A program made the translations under genes and the position numbers. This document shows, in pieces, positions 40,022-48,483 of a stretch of DNA of 64,000 nt (positions within the stretch are counted from its first letter, which is position 1; each line of letters opens with the position of its first letter). The notes beneath the pieces are model-generated. The model had not been told where the DNA came from. It searched no databases and saw only the letters and a list, made by a program, of their open reading frames with translations. Source of the DNA: a virus; the IMG/VR virus record IMGVR_UViG_3300008113_000014, positions 1 to 64,000 of that record; one strand, 5' to 3'.

Positions 40022-40926
40022 TAAATGATGCCAATCTTGGTAATACTCTTTTTATATTTTTCAAGAATTTTATCAACTATCATGTTTCCAGTACCGTTAA
40101 AACTCATCTTATCAAATTGAATTTTGAACTGGTCTGTATTATATGATGTTACATATCGTTTGTAATAATCTAGCTTTCCACACTTAAGGTCATCAATGAG
40201 TACTGTTGTTGCATACTCAATGTCTGCTGGTACTGCTTTATACCCTATATCTAAAACAAGCACATAATCAAATCCTTCTGGAAAGTCTGCACCAGCATAG
40301 CCATAAAATGCTAGATTTCCAGGAGATACTGGAAGTCTTACTGGCCTTGACTCAAACCTATTATATTGATCAGACTCAACTCTTTGAACAGATGAGTTGT
40401 CTAGTGTAACTACATATTGATATTCTCCTACTGTTGTATCGCTAACGTCATAAACAAGCTCATTGTTTTCATAAACCTTTAAAACCTTGTTAACGTTTTC
40501 CCATATTGGAAAAAGATCTGTTCCGAGACCTACTGTTTGAACAATGTGTTTTTCGTTATAAAATCCATCAACCACGTGTGAATCAATAATTGATCTTGCA
40601 ACCAGCTCAAGCATCTTATATTCTGCAATTTCTGATGCAGTGGTTCCAAGTTTTGATGGATCTGTATATGGCCTAACAATGTCTAAGTTGCTATCTACAA
40701 CAAGAACACCTGCCGTGGTCTTAATTTTAAATGAAAACTTTCTATCATACTCTAACTTGCTTTGCGGTATTGTGTAGGTTATTTTTTTGTTTATATTAGA
40801 TGTAGCTGTTACTGTTTCTACAGAATGATCAACTAAGTCCTCAATATAAATAACGTAGCTTGTAGTTGCTAATGGGACATCCCATGTAGTCACAATTGGG
40901 TAAGGTGGTAGTCTTAGAATTTCCAT
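40021..40926 (-). CDS. Head-to-tail adaptor
   Basis: ARSIIDS, GY..VPADIEYA, VDKILEKY motifs; downstream of capsid. Confidence 0.65.
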   Translation of the reverse strand: MEILRLPPYPIVTTWDVPLATTSYVIYIEDLVDHSVETVTATSNINKKITYTIPQSKLEYDRKFSFKIKTTAGVLVVDSNLDIVRPYTDPSKLGTTASEIAEYKMLELVARSIIDSHVVDGFYNEKHIVQTVGLGTDLFPIWENVNKVLKVYENNELVYDVSDTTVGEYQYVVTLDNSSVQRVESDQYNRFESRPVRLPVSPGNLAFYGYAGADFPEGFDYVLVLDIGYKAVPADIEYATTVLIDDLKCGKLDYYKRYVTSYNTDQFKIQFDKMSFNGTGNMIVDKILEKYKKSITKIGII

Positions 40927-40928
40927 TA

Positions 40929-41261
40929 TTAGCTGTATGCTCCCTTTAGTTCTTCTGGGCTAGCTTCACGAACAGATCTATTAGAAATCCATTTGTCAGC
41001 ATGCTCTTTAGTAACTATGTTATATCCAATTTTTAATTCTCCAACACCAACCCAGTTAAGATTTCTTTCAGAGTAAACTGCAACCTTTTCTTCGGGCTTG
41101 TGTTTAAATACTGGCTCTGTTGTTTCTTTAGGTATAAAGTTTAAAATAATTTCTAATATGTCTACTTTTTTACTTACACCAAAAATATCAATATTGTTTT
41201 GCTTTGCATAAGACTTTAGCTCAAAGACAGTTTTGTTGCTTAATTCTTCAACTACAGACAT
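40929..41261 (-). CDS. Head-associated protein with Rho-N/HeH-like N-terminus
   Basis: LSNKTVFELKSYAKQNNI......KK.DIL. Confidence 0.6.
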   Translation of the reverse strand: MSVVEELSNKTVFELKSYAKQNNIDIFGVSKKVDILEIILNFIPKETTEPVFKHKPEEKVAVYSERNLNWVGVGELKIGYNIVTKEHADKWISNRSVREASPEELKGAYS

Positions 41262-41298
41262 CTGTCCTCCTTTGACCTATGCAACAACAAGTAAGTTT

Positions 41299-41619
41299 TT
41301 ACTTGTTAAAGTATGTTTCAATCTCTTCTACGCTTGCTTCACGAACCTTGGTATGGCGAAGGAGCTCTTCTGCATCCTTTTTACTTACTCTTGAATAACC
41401 CTTTGAAGCAGAAGCTCCAGATTCTGTAACAATGTCTTTAAGGGCATAAAGTACAACTGAGTCTGACGAATTAGGTGTTTGCTGGCTTGGCTTTGGAGCT
41501 TCTGGGGCAGGTGCCTTTTGCTCAACTGGTGCTGGCACAACAGTAGGTGTTTCTTTAATTAGTGCGTCAACTGCTGGCACATTTTCTACTTTATTAAAAT
41601 TGTCCATTTTTTCCTCCAA
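41299..41619 (-). CDS. Hypothetical head-region protein; C-domain paralogous to 40929..41261
   Basis: GY..V.K..A......VREAS.EE shared. Confidence 0.6.
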   Translation of the reverse strand: MEEKMDNFNKVENVPAVDALIKETPTVVPAPVEQKAPAPEAPKPSQQTPNSSDSVVLYALKDIVTESGASASKGYSRVSKKDAEELLRHTKVREASVEEIETYFNK

Positions 41620-41647
41620 TATTAAATGAATTTAATCATTTTACTAA

Positions 41648-41656
41648 ATTATACCA
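41648..41656 (-). promoter_or_regulatory. Extended -10 promoter TGGTATAAT
   Basis: Just past the capsid hairpin. Confidence 0.6.
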
Positions 41657-41661
41657 CAATA

Positions 41662-41700
41662 TGACTGAGGGAGACAGTTGTTACGCTGTCTCCCTCGTCA
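41662..41700 (-). terminator. Strong hairpin / terminator after the major capsid gene
   Basis: Perfect 11-bp stem GAGGGAGACAG / CTGTCTCCCTC; U-tract weak. Confidence 0.7.
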
Positions 41701-41716
41701 AGTTAATCAGTGATGA

Positions 41717-42847
41717 TTATGCGTCTGCTGCTGCATCTGCGTAAGCAACTGCATCAAGCTCTTCCCATTGAAGACCGAAACGAACGAATACTGTGTATTC
41801 AATTGTATCCTTCTTTGGCTGGTAAGTACGGTTTACAGTGATATCACGCTGGAATCCCCATACACGGTTTGAAGGGAATGTAAGATCTACATAGCCTGCT
41901 GGGTAGTATGGAACTTCCTGAACGTCAACACCAAGAACACGTGTTGTACGTGCTCCACCAAATGTCTGAGCTGTACCATCAAGGTATGCCTGACGATTTG
42001 CTGGTGTACCTGCTGGGCGGTTAGCAAATGCTTCTGCTACTGCGTCTGCAAGTGTACCGTTGTTCTTGATGATTCCTTGGAATGCATCTGTACCTGCGTA
42101 GAACTTTAGGTTAGACTTGATTGCACGATACTTACGTGGCATTGCAAGAATAATATTCTGCATTACTTCTGTTGTCCATGCGTTGTTTGCAACTGTTACG
42201 ACTGACTCATTTGCGCCTGAGCCTGCTGCCTTAACCTTTGAAACGAAGCCTTCCATGATGTTCAGGAATGCGTCTCCGCCAGTTCCTGTACCATTGATTG
42301 CAAGATCTTCAATGTCGTTAGCAAAAGCATTTGTCATCAAGCGAACTAGATGATCTTCCAATGCTCCGCCTTCAATATTATCTTCAAGTGCTTCTGTTGA
42401 AACTTCCCAGTCAAGACGAATCTTCTTGGTTGTAAGTTCAACCTTAGAGAATGTTGCACCTGCATTTGAGAATGTAGGTTGTGCCTGTGCTGCTGCACGG
42501 ATGACACGCTCTCCAACGTTAACCTTTTCAAGTTCCATTGTGTTTGCACGCATTGTGACTCTACGTCCATCTTGAGCTAGTACAGTTGCATCCCATACAT
42601 AATCAATAAAGCGACGAGCCTGCTCTGGAAGCAGAATACCGCCTGGCGTACCAGATGGATTTACTGCGTTTGGTCCAGAAGTAAGTCCAAAGTTTGCAGT
42701 TGCAATGTTACCCATTACATCTGTTGGAGAAAGATTTCCAAGTGGTCCCTGTGCTACTGCACCGCCGATGCCGCCTGAAACTGCAACGCCGTCACCTGTT
42801 GGATGATTAAAAGACTTTTGAATATCTGTGTTATTTTGTTCTGACAT
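41717..42847 (-). CDS. Major capsid protein (HK97 fold)
   Basis: GGILLPEQA..FID, EALEDNIEG, ANDIEDLAING; AGGAGGTG RBS before MSEQ. Confidence 0.9.
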   Translation of the reverse strand: MSEQNNTDIQKSFNHPTGDGVAVSGGIGGAVAQGPLGNLSPTDVMGNIATANFGLTSGPNAVNPSGTPGGILLPEQARRFIDYVWDATVLAQDGRRVTMRANTMELEKVNVGERVIRAAAQAQPTFSNAGATFSKVELTTKKIRLDWEVSTEALEDNIEGGALEDHLVRLMTNAFANDIEDLAINGTGTGGDAFLNIMEGFVSKVKAAGSGANESVVTVANNAWTTEVMQNIILAMPRKYRAIKSNLKFYAGTDAFQGIIKNNGTLADAVAEAFANRPAGTPANRQAYLDGTAQTFGGARTTRVLGVDVQEVPYYPAGYVDLTFPSNRVWGFQRDITVNRTYQPKKDTIEYTVFVRFGLQWEELDAVAYADAAADA

Positions 42848-42873
42848 ATTGTTCACCTCCTAGTGATTTTGTT

Positions 42874-43422
42874 TTAGTTAAATAGGTCGGAATTTTTGAG
42901 GAAACGTCCGCCCCATAGGGATTTCTGAATCACTTTAGGTGATTCCTGTACAATCTCGCCGAGATCGCCAGACTTGCGGAAAGCGGTATCTGCAACTACG
43001 GCATCTACGGTCTTTCCAAACTCGTTAAAGTTTCCCTTAACTTCCTTAACTTCATTTGTTACGGATTCAAGAGACTTTGTGATTGCATCAACATTGGCTT
43101 GCATAGCCTTTACTGTTGCTGCTAGATCGCTCAAGGCATTAGTTACAGAGTTTTGAATTTCAGAAACTGCCTTAGCAACTTCTGCTGTTGCTGATGCAAC
43201 CTCAACAATTGCTTCGTCATTCTTCTCTGTTACTTCTTCAATAGAAGGAGCACTACCCTCTTCAACAACTGCATCTGACTTTTCGGCTACAGTATCTTCT
43301 GTAACCTCTAGTGACTTTGCAACTGCCTCAGCAGGAGCCTCTGGAGCAACCTCAACTTCATTAACTACTTCTGCTGTTGGTGCTTCTAGCACATCAACAG
43401 ACGATGTTGTTTCTTCTGTCAT
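42874..43422 (-). CDS. Nested in-frame scaffold protein (internal start MTEETT)
   Basis: Strong internal RBS AAAGGAGG 8 nt before the in-frame ATG at 43422. Confidence 0.7.
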   Translation of the reverse strand: MTEETTSSVDVLEAPTAEVVNEVEVAPEAPAEAVAKSLEVTEDTVAEKSDAVVEEGSAPSIEEVTEKNDEAIVEVASATAEVAKAVSEIQNSVTNALSDLAATVKAMQANVDAITKSLESVTNEVKEVKGNFNEFGKTVDAVVADTAFRKSGDLGEIVQESPKVIQKSLWGGRFLKNSDLFN

Positions 43423-44181
43423 AGGATTATCCTCCTTTGCTATCTTAATTGTTCTAATGCCTTTTGCACTATCAACTAAGAACTTTATCATTGTGGTTTT
43501 TTCTGAATCACTTTTTTCAACAAATCCTATATTTTTCATTTCTTCACCAGACACTGGGCTTAGCTCAGTTTCATTTTCAGATATTGTAACGATGCCAGAC
43601 TCTGAGTCCCAGAATACATTTTCAACAATTAAATCTGCTGAAGATCCAGTAATTGTATTTACACCGTCAACTTTTTCAACTGACATAATGTTTGCGAATT
43701 GATTAGCAGGGGAATCAACAAGACTCAACTCTATTAAATCATATTCTTTAATAATTCTAATTGGCTTATCTGATTTTTCATCATAGCCATCATCCCACTT
43801 ATTCATTCGTCCCCCAATAGAAAAACCAGTATAGGTTCCATCTAGAACTTTTTCCCAGGCATCTTGTGCGCCCTTTGAAATGTAAGCAGAAACAAATACG
43901 CCCTTATAAAACTTCTTTGTTTCTGGATCAAAGTATTTTTCTTCTTTAAATGAAATCATTTTACCAACAGCTGATGGTTGGTGCATTTCACGAATGTTTC
44001 CACGGAACTTAGCAAAAGCATCCATTGAGGCTTCAGTAGTTACAATGTCATCTTGCTTATCTAAGTTATCTAAAGATGCAAAACCAGAGACAATTCTACG
44101 GCCTTCATCAACTTTTGTGAGAGGCATAGATAGGCGAACGTTGTCGCCATTGGTCGTCCAATGTGCTTTATTTATATTCAT
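42874..44181 (-). CDS. Prohead protease fused to acidic coiled-coil scaffold
   Basis: IREMH, GFSIGG, ELSLVDSPAN (HK97-type protease); acidic helical C-half. Confidence 0.88.
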   Translation of the reverse strand: MNINKAHWTTNGDNVRLSMPLTKVDEGRRIVSGFASLDNLDKQDDIVTTEASMDAFAKFRGNIREMHQPSAVGKMISFKEEKYFDPETKKFYKGVFVSAYISKGAQDAWEKVLDGTYTGFSIGGRMNKWDDGYDEKSDKPIRIIKEYDLIELSLVDSPANQFANIMSVEKVDGVNTITGSSADLIVENVFWDSESGIVTISENETELSPVSGEEMKNIGFVEKSDSEKTTMIKFLVDSAKGIRTIKIAKEDNPMTEETTSSVDVLEAPTAEVVNEVEVAPEAPAEAVAKSLEVTEDTVAEKSDAVVEEGSAPSIEEVTEKNDEAIVEVASATAEVAKAVSEIQNSVTNALSDLAATVKAMQANVDAITKSLESVTNEVKEVKGNFNEFGKTVDAVVADTAFRKSGDLGEIVQESPKVIQKSLWGGRFLKNSDLFN

Positions 44182-44190
44182 GACGATTCT

Positions 44191-44199
44191 ATTATACCA
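44191..44199 (-). promoter_or_regulatory. Extended -10 promoter TGGTATAAT
   Basis: 9 nt before the protease ATG. Confidence 0.65.
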
Positions 44200-44221
44200 A
44201 ACCTTTTAAAACATTTCTCAA

Positions 44222-45853
44222 CTATTGAGACGCTCTACCCTCACCCTTTGGATTACGTCCAGTTGTAGTTGCTGGTCCATCAGATTGGCTATTTGTTCGT
44301 TCTGTATTTCTTTCTCTGTTACCTGCAAGGTTAGAGTTTGAATCTGCTGCTTGTCTTGGTGACATTACAAAAGGTGTATCTCCATCTGGATGTTGAGGCA
44401 AACCAATTGCTTCACGTGCCTCGTTAGGCATCATTACTTGAGTTTTAACATAACGCTCAAGAATTTGTGATTGAGTTATTTCGTCCGTAAGTGTAAGCTC
44501 ATTAAACTTTAACTCCAGAATATCTGTCTTTTCCTTAATGATTTTGCTAATTACCTTGTTTAAATGGCCTTGGGCTGGGCGTGAAACCTGTTCCTTAAAT
44601 GTACGATCTTGTGCTATTGATGCTGCAATGGCTGCTGAATCAGTACCGCCAAGCTTTGAAATTGGTACTTGATGGGCAACAAGAATATCATCACGGTTTT
44701 GCTTGCGATACTCTTTAAAGGAACCATCCTGTATACCGTTTTCAATTGGCTCCATCTTAAACTCAACCTTGTTTTGGTCTGTATCTCCAGGAAGTGGGAT
44801 GTAAAGAGTTCTATGTGATTGTGCCTTTAATCCTGTTTGTAGGAATCGGAACATCTTGTCTTCTGCTTCGTTAGAAAGCTTTGCTCCTTTGAGAGTTACA
44901 ACATAGCGTGGAACAGCCTTGTTCTCAAAATAATCAATGTTATATTGAGATGCAAGTTGATCTCCAAGCAATGATGGAATTGCTGCAACAATATCAGGGA
45001 TACCATAATATGTATTTAAGGGTGAGTATTCCTTTATGTGAATAATTTCATTTGGTCGTGGATCTGATGTTACTGGGTTTGCATTAGTTGCACCAAAATT
45101 TCTAAAGTAAACAACTTTTTGACCAATGATCTGCATAAAGCCATCACGTAGGCGACGTATGCGAATTGTTGTTGATGGGATATGTCCTACGTAACCAATA
45201 TCTCCGTTTACTGTACGACCAACCTCAATGAAACCATTTCCAGTTGATTCAAGGTCTGTGTATACCTTTTCCATTGTTTTTGTAAATGAATCATCATCAT
45301 TAAGGCCTTCAAGCCAATCACGCATTTCAAACTTCATTCTTTCAATACGCTTGCGTGCTTTATCTATAGCACTTTGTTCTTTGCCTTCAAAGCTCAACAT
45401 GGTGCGACCTGTTACTTCAAAAGAATATCCAAGTCCAACAATGTTAGCAACCTTGGCATCAATGGCAGCATGATTAGCAAAAGAAGTATCATAAAAATTT
45501 GCAAGTTCATATAGATTAAATGGAGGAGTAATTACATCAAATAGGCCATATCCATTTCGGTATACTGTTCCAGGATTAATTGCTTTTGATGCAGCATCAA
45601 CACCCGTTGGAGTAGAATTAGCAGAATCTGCATAGGCTTCTGTATTTATATCTACGCCTGTTGATCCATATGCATACTCTGCTTTGCCAATACTTCTCGT
45701 TGTTCTACGACGAAAGTTTTGATCAAGTCCAGAAAATTCTTTTATTGTATCCCAAGACTTATTAAATGGATCTTGCTCTTTAAAAACATTTTCCCGTTCT
45801 TCTTGAGTATTTAAACTTGCAGAAATATATGTGTAATCAATATCCTCACTCAT
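44222..45853 (-). CDS. Portal protein
   Basis: DLESTGNGFIEV, YYGIPD, YFEN.AVP, PNEARE..GL. Confidence 0.9.
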   Translation of the reverse strand: MSEDIDYTYISASLNTQEERENVFKEQDPFNKSWDTIKEFSGLDQNFRRRTTRSIGKAEYAYGSTGVDINTEAYADSANSTPTGVDAASKAINPGTVYRNGYGLFDVITPPFNLYELANFYDTSFANHAAIDAKVANIVGLGYSFEVTGRTMLSFEGKEQSAIDKARKRIERMKFEMRDWLEGLNDDDSFTKTMEKVYTDLESTGNGFIEVGRTVNGDIGYVGHIPSTTIRIRRLRDGFMQIIGQKVVYFRNFGATNANPVTSDPRPNEIIHIKEYSPLNTYYGIPDIVAAIPSLLGDQLASQYNIDYFENKAVPRYVVTLKGAKLSNEAEDKMFRFLQTGLKAQSHRTLYIPLPGDTDQNKVEFKMEPIENGIQDGSFKEYRKQNRDDILVAHQVPISKLGGTDSAAIAASIAQDRTFKEQVSRPAQGHLNKVISKIIKEKTDILELKFNELTLTDEITQSQILERYVKTQVMMPNEAREAIGLPQHPDGDTPFVMSPRQAADSNSNLAGNRERNTERTNSQSDGPATTTGRNPKGEGRASQ

Positions 45854-46253
45854 CAAAGGCCTCTCTTCCAGCAACGTTTAATGTATCCTGTGCTGCTTTC
45901 CATGCCCCAAGGTCATTCATTGAAGGAATCAACCCACTAGACATTCTGTCAAGCTGCTCTGAATGTTGTTCATCAGAAATACGTGTTAGTCCAGGAACAA
46001 AGATCGCTTCACCGTCTCCTGGATCACCATAATGTTTTGCTGCACTTTTAAGTTCCGCAATTTTAGTAAAGTCATTACGCATTGATTCAATGTTTAATAC
46101 ATTGCCACTACCGTCAGTAAACCACTTTCCAGTAGACTTTTTATATACATAAAGTCCCCAATCGTAATTCTTTTCAATGACCTTTTTACGGACATTTCCT
46201 ACAATAGGCAAACCAGTCTTTTGATTAATTAGTGGATTATTTACATTACTCAT
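45846..46253 (-). CDS. Conserved hypothetical protein upstream of portal
   Basis: ORF track 45846..46259; the second ATG fits a leaderless start. Confidence 0.7.
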   Translation of the reverse strand: MSNVNNPLINQKTGLPIVGNVRKKVIEKNYDWGLYVYKKSTGKWFTDGSGNVLNIESMRNDFTKIAELKSAAKHYGDPGDGEAIFVPGLTRISDEQHSEQLDRMSSGLIPSMNDLGAWKAAQDTLNVAGREAFDE

Positions 46254-46260
46254 AACCATA

Positions 46261-46269
46261 AGTATACCA
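46261..46269 (-). promoter_or_regulatory. Extended -10 promoter TGGTATACT
   Basis: 7 nt before the ATG at 46253. Confidence 0.6.
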
Positions 46270-46300
46270 TAACACTGTTAAAGTGAACAGGCCCTTACCA

Positions 46301-48334
46301 TTAATAGAGTTTAATCTCACAAGCATCTGTTGAGCAATACTGCTCTCCTTCAGCCTCAAGATTTTCTATTCCATCATAAATAGCAGACCAGTCAATCTTA
46401 CCAATTGTGCCTACATATGCGTTGTATTCTTCTCTTGAGATTTCGCTATATGGTTGCTGTGGATAAACCTTATCTCCCATTGGCAAGAAGGATACAGCCT
46501 TTAACTGGCCTTCGTACATATTTAATGCTGGAGCAACAAACTTCTTTTCAGTCTCTTTGTTAAATGAAAGTGTTACAGAAACACCATTATCTGACCAATA
46601 CTTCTGGGCTGTTGCTGCTAGACCAATCTTCTCAAATAGGCTAACATGTTTTTCAGAACGCTTGTGTCCTGAAGCAACTGGGAAATATACTACTGAGGTA
46701 TTTGCTGATACTAAGTCTGGTTCAATCTTATACCCTGCAGCTTTAAAAAGATGAAGCATTGGATCAGTATTTCCAAAACGTATAGCACGAAGATAAAACT
46801 CTCCTCCAGGTCCCCAGTGAACTCCAGGAGTTGCACCAGAAAGTAGTGACACTGATCCTGATGGCTTGACCGTTGTTACACGAACTGATTCACGAACACA
46901 TAGCCACTCTGAATATTGATGATCATAATGACGAATCTTTTTGTATCCTTCATCCATCCATTCACGAGTTGTTGGAAGTCCATATGTGTCTGCAAATGAT
47001 GCAATACCTGTCAATGAGGTTCCAATGCGACGATTACGTTGCATAATACCGTTTGTTTGTGGCCAGTGTGTTGGAAGAAGCGTTACAGTCTTTCCATAAA
47101 GGTACGCAAATTTCAACGTCTTGAGGAAGTCCTCCTTGGATTCATGACGATTTAAGTGCACTTCTACAAGTGTACAAAGTTCGTATGATTCCAATGGCTG
47201 CTCCGCACAAGGGTTGAAGCCCATAATGCGACTGTCCTTATAATCAGGAGCATCCGCAAGACGGCCATAATCACGGGCAACATCAAGCCAGATAAAACCT
47301 GGCTCTCCATTGTCTGCAATTAAATCTACATAGTCTTCATATTTTGTTCCAACTGTTGCTGAAATAGAGTTGTTTGACATCCATGCCCAACCTGGCTTTT
47401 CTGGATCATATGAGTTACGTTCTGGAAATACTTCTGGATTCTTAAGATTAATAAATCCATTATCTTCTGCAGTACCAAGTGCAAGAGTAGCAGAACGACG
47501 AACATTTCCTGATACCACACAGGTACCAATAAGATTAATAATATCAACAATAGCACGGCTATCTAAGAACTCTCCTGCTCTAGAGCCAATTACATTGCGA
47601 ATACGTGTATGGAGATCAATGAGTGGTGCTGGACCGCTTGCAACGCCTCCAAAGCCCTTAATAGGGGCACCTAGTGGACGGATAAGGTCATAGTTAAAAA
47701 GCTGAATTGATTGATTTTGGCGTAAAAATGAGTTAATCAAGATACGAACTGATTCAACCCAGCCTTCACGAGTATCAGGAATATCATATGTTGATTCTGG
47801 CTCTGTTGGTGCGTAGATTGCCATTTTCTTATCTTGGCCAAGAGTATCAAAGCCAACTCCAATACCTAGCATTAATGCATCCATTACCCAAGCAAATAAT
47901 GCACCAGGATCATTGCGGTCAAGGTCTCTAGTTGAAACCATTGCACAATTTTGGAGGGATGAAGAGTTGCGCTTTTCCATAGTCATTGGTGTACCAAATG
48001 CCCAAAGACCACGACCTGGAGGAGTCCACTTTAATTCAAACATTCTTTGAAAGGCTTCCTGTGCAGACTTCTGTGCTTTATTATCATTCCATGGTAGACG
48101 ATTATCTTTAGCATGATTCTTTTGAACTGAATACATACCCTCAATTACACGGCGACAAACCTCATGCCAGCGTTCTTTTGTTCCATCTTCTTTAACACGA
48201 GAATATGTACGAATAAATGTTATCTCTCCCAATGAATTGGACCCTGCATCTGAAAATCCAAATGGAGCTGGAGTAAACTGATATTTATTTACAAACTCTT
48301 CTGATAAACGAAACGAAAATACACTTTCTGACAT
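46301..48334 (-). CDS. nrdJ: Class II (adenosylcobalamin-dependent) ribonucleotide reductase, monomeric RTPR type
   Basis: RTYSR, PPGRGLW, NCA, GNVRRSA, NPCAE, TVKPSG, C-terminal CxxxxC; no small subunit nearby. Confidence 0.92.
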   Translation of the reverse strand: MSESVFSFRLSEEFVNKYQFTPAPFGFSDAGSNSLGEITFIRTYSRVKEDGTKERWHEVCRRVIEGMYSVQKNHAKDNRLPWNDNKAQKSAQEAFQRMFELKWTPPGRGLWAFGTPMTMEKRNSSSLQNCAMVSTRDLDRNDPGALFAWVMDALMLGIGVGFDTLGQDKKMAIYAPTEPESTYDIPDTREGWVESVRILINSFLRQNQSIQLFNYDLIRPLGAPIKGFGGVASGPAPLIDLHTRIRNVIGSRAGEFLDSRAIVDIINLIGTCVVSGNVRRSATLALGTAEDNGFINLKNPEVFPERNSYDPEKPGWAWMSNNSISATVGTKYEDYVDLIADNGEPGFIWLDVARDYGRLADAPDYKDSRIMGFNPCAEQPLESYELCTLVEVHLNRHESKEDFLKTLKFAYLYGKTVTLLPTHWPQTNGIMQRNRRIGTSLTGIASFADTYGLPTTREWMDEGYKKIRHYDHQYSEWLCVRESVRVTTVKPSGSVSLLSGATPGVHWGPGGEFYLRAIRFGNTDPMLHLFKAAGYKIEPDLVSANTSVVYFPVASGHKRSEKHVSLFEKIGLAATAQKYWSDNGVSVTLSFNKETEKKFVAPALNMYEGQLKAVSFLPMGDKVYPQQPYSEISREEYNAYVGTIGKIDWSAIYDGIENLEAEGEQYCSTDACEIKLY

Positions 48335-48395
48335 TTTTATATACCTTTCAAAGTAAAATTAACGGAGTGCTTTATGTTCTCTAAAGCAGTACTTA

Positions 48396-48404
48396 AGTAT
48401 AACA
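48396..48404 (-). promoter_or_regulatory. Extended -10 promoter TGTTATACT
   Basis: Upstream of nrdJ, just past the terminator. Confidence 0.55.
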
Positions 48405-48410
48405 CACTTT

Positions 48411-48441
48411 AAAAAGAAAAACACGCTCATAAAGAGCGTGT
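48411..48441 (-). terminator. Intrinsic terminator between fibre gene and nrdJ
   Basis: ACACGCTC-TTTAT-GAGCGTGT followed by TTTTCTTTTT on minus strand. Confidence 0.8.
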
Positions 48442-48483
48442 AAATCTTTAGTATAGAGTTAGTACTCTATTATTTAATAAGTA

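Noticed and set aside
7440-48334. Inteins or introns in DnaE, DnaB or NrdJ
   Set aside because: Protein lengths are normal, with no Hint-type splice motifs or homing endonuclease inserts visible
48335-48483. Cobalamin riboswitch or NrdR box upstream of nrdJ
   Set aside because: Region is short, AT-rich and explained by a terminator plus promoter; no B12-box or convincing NrdR palindrome seen
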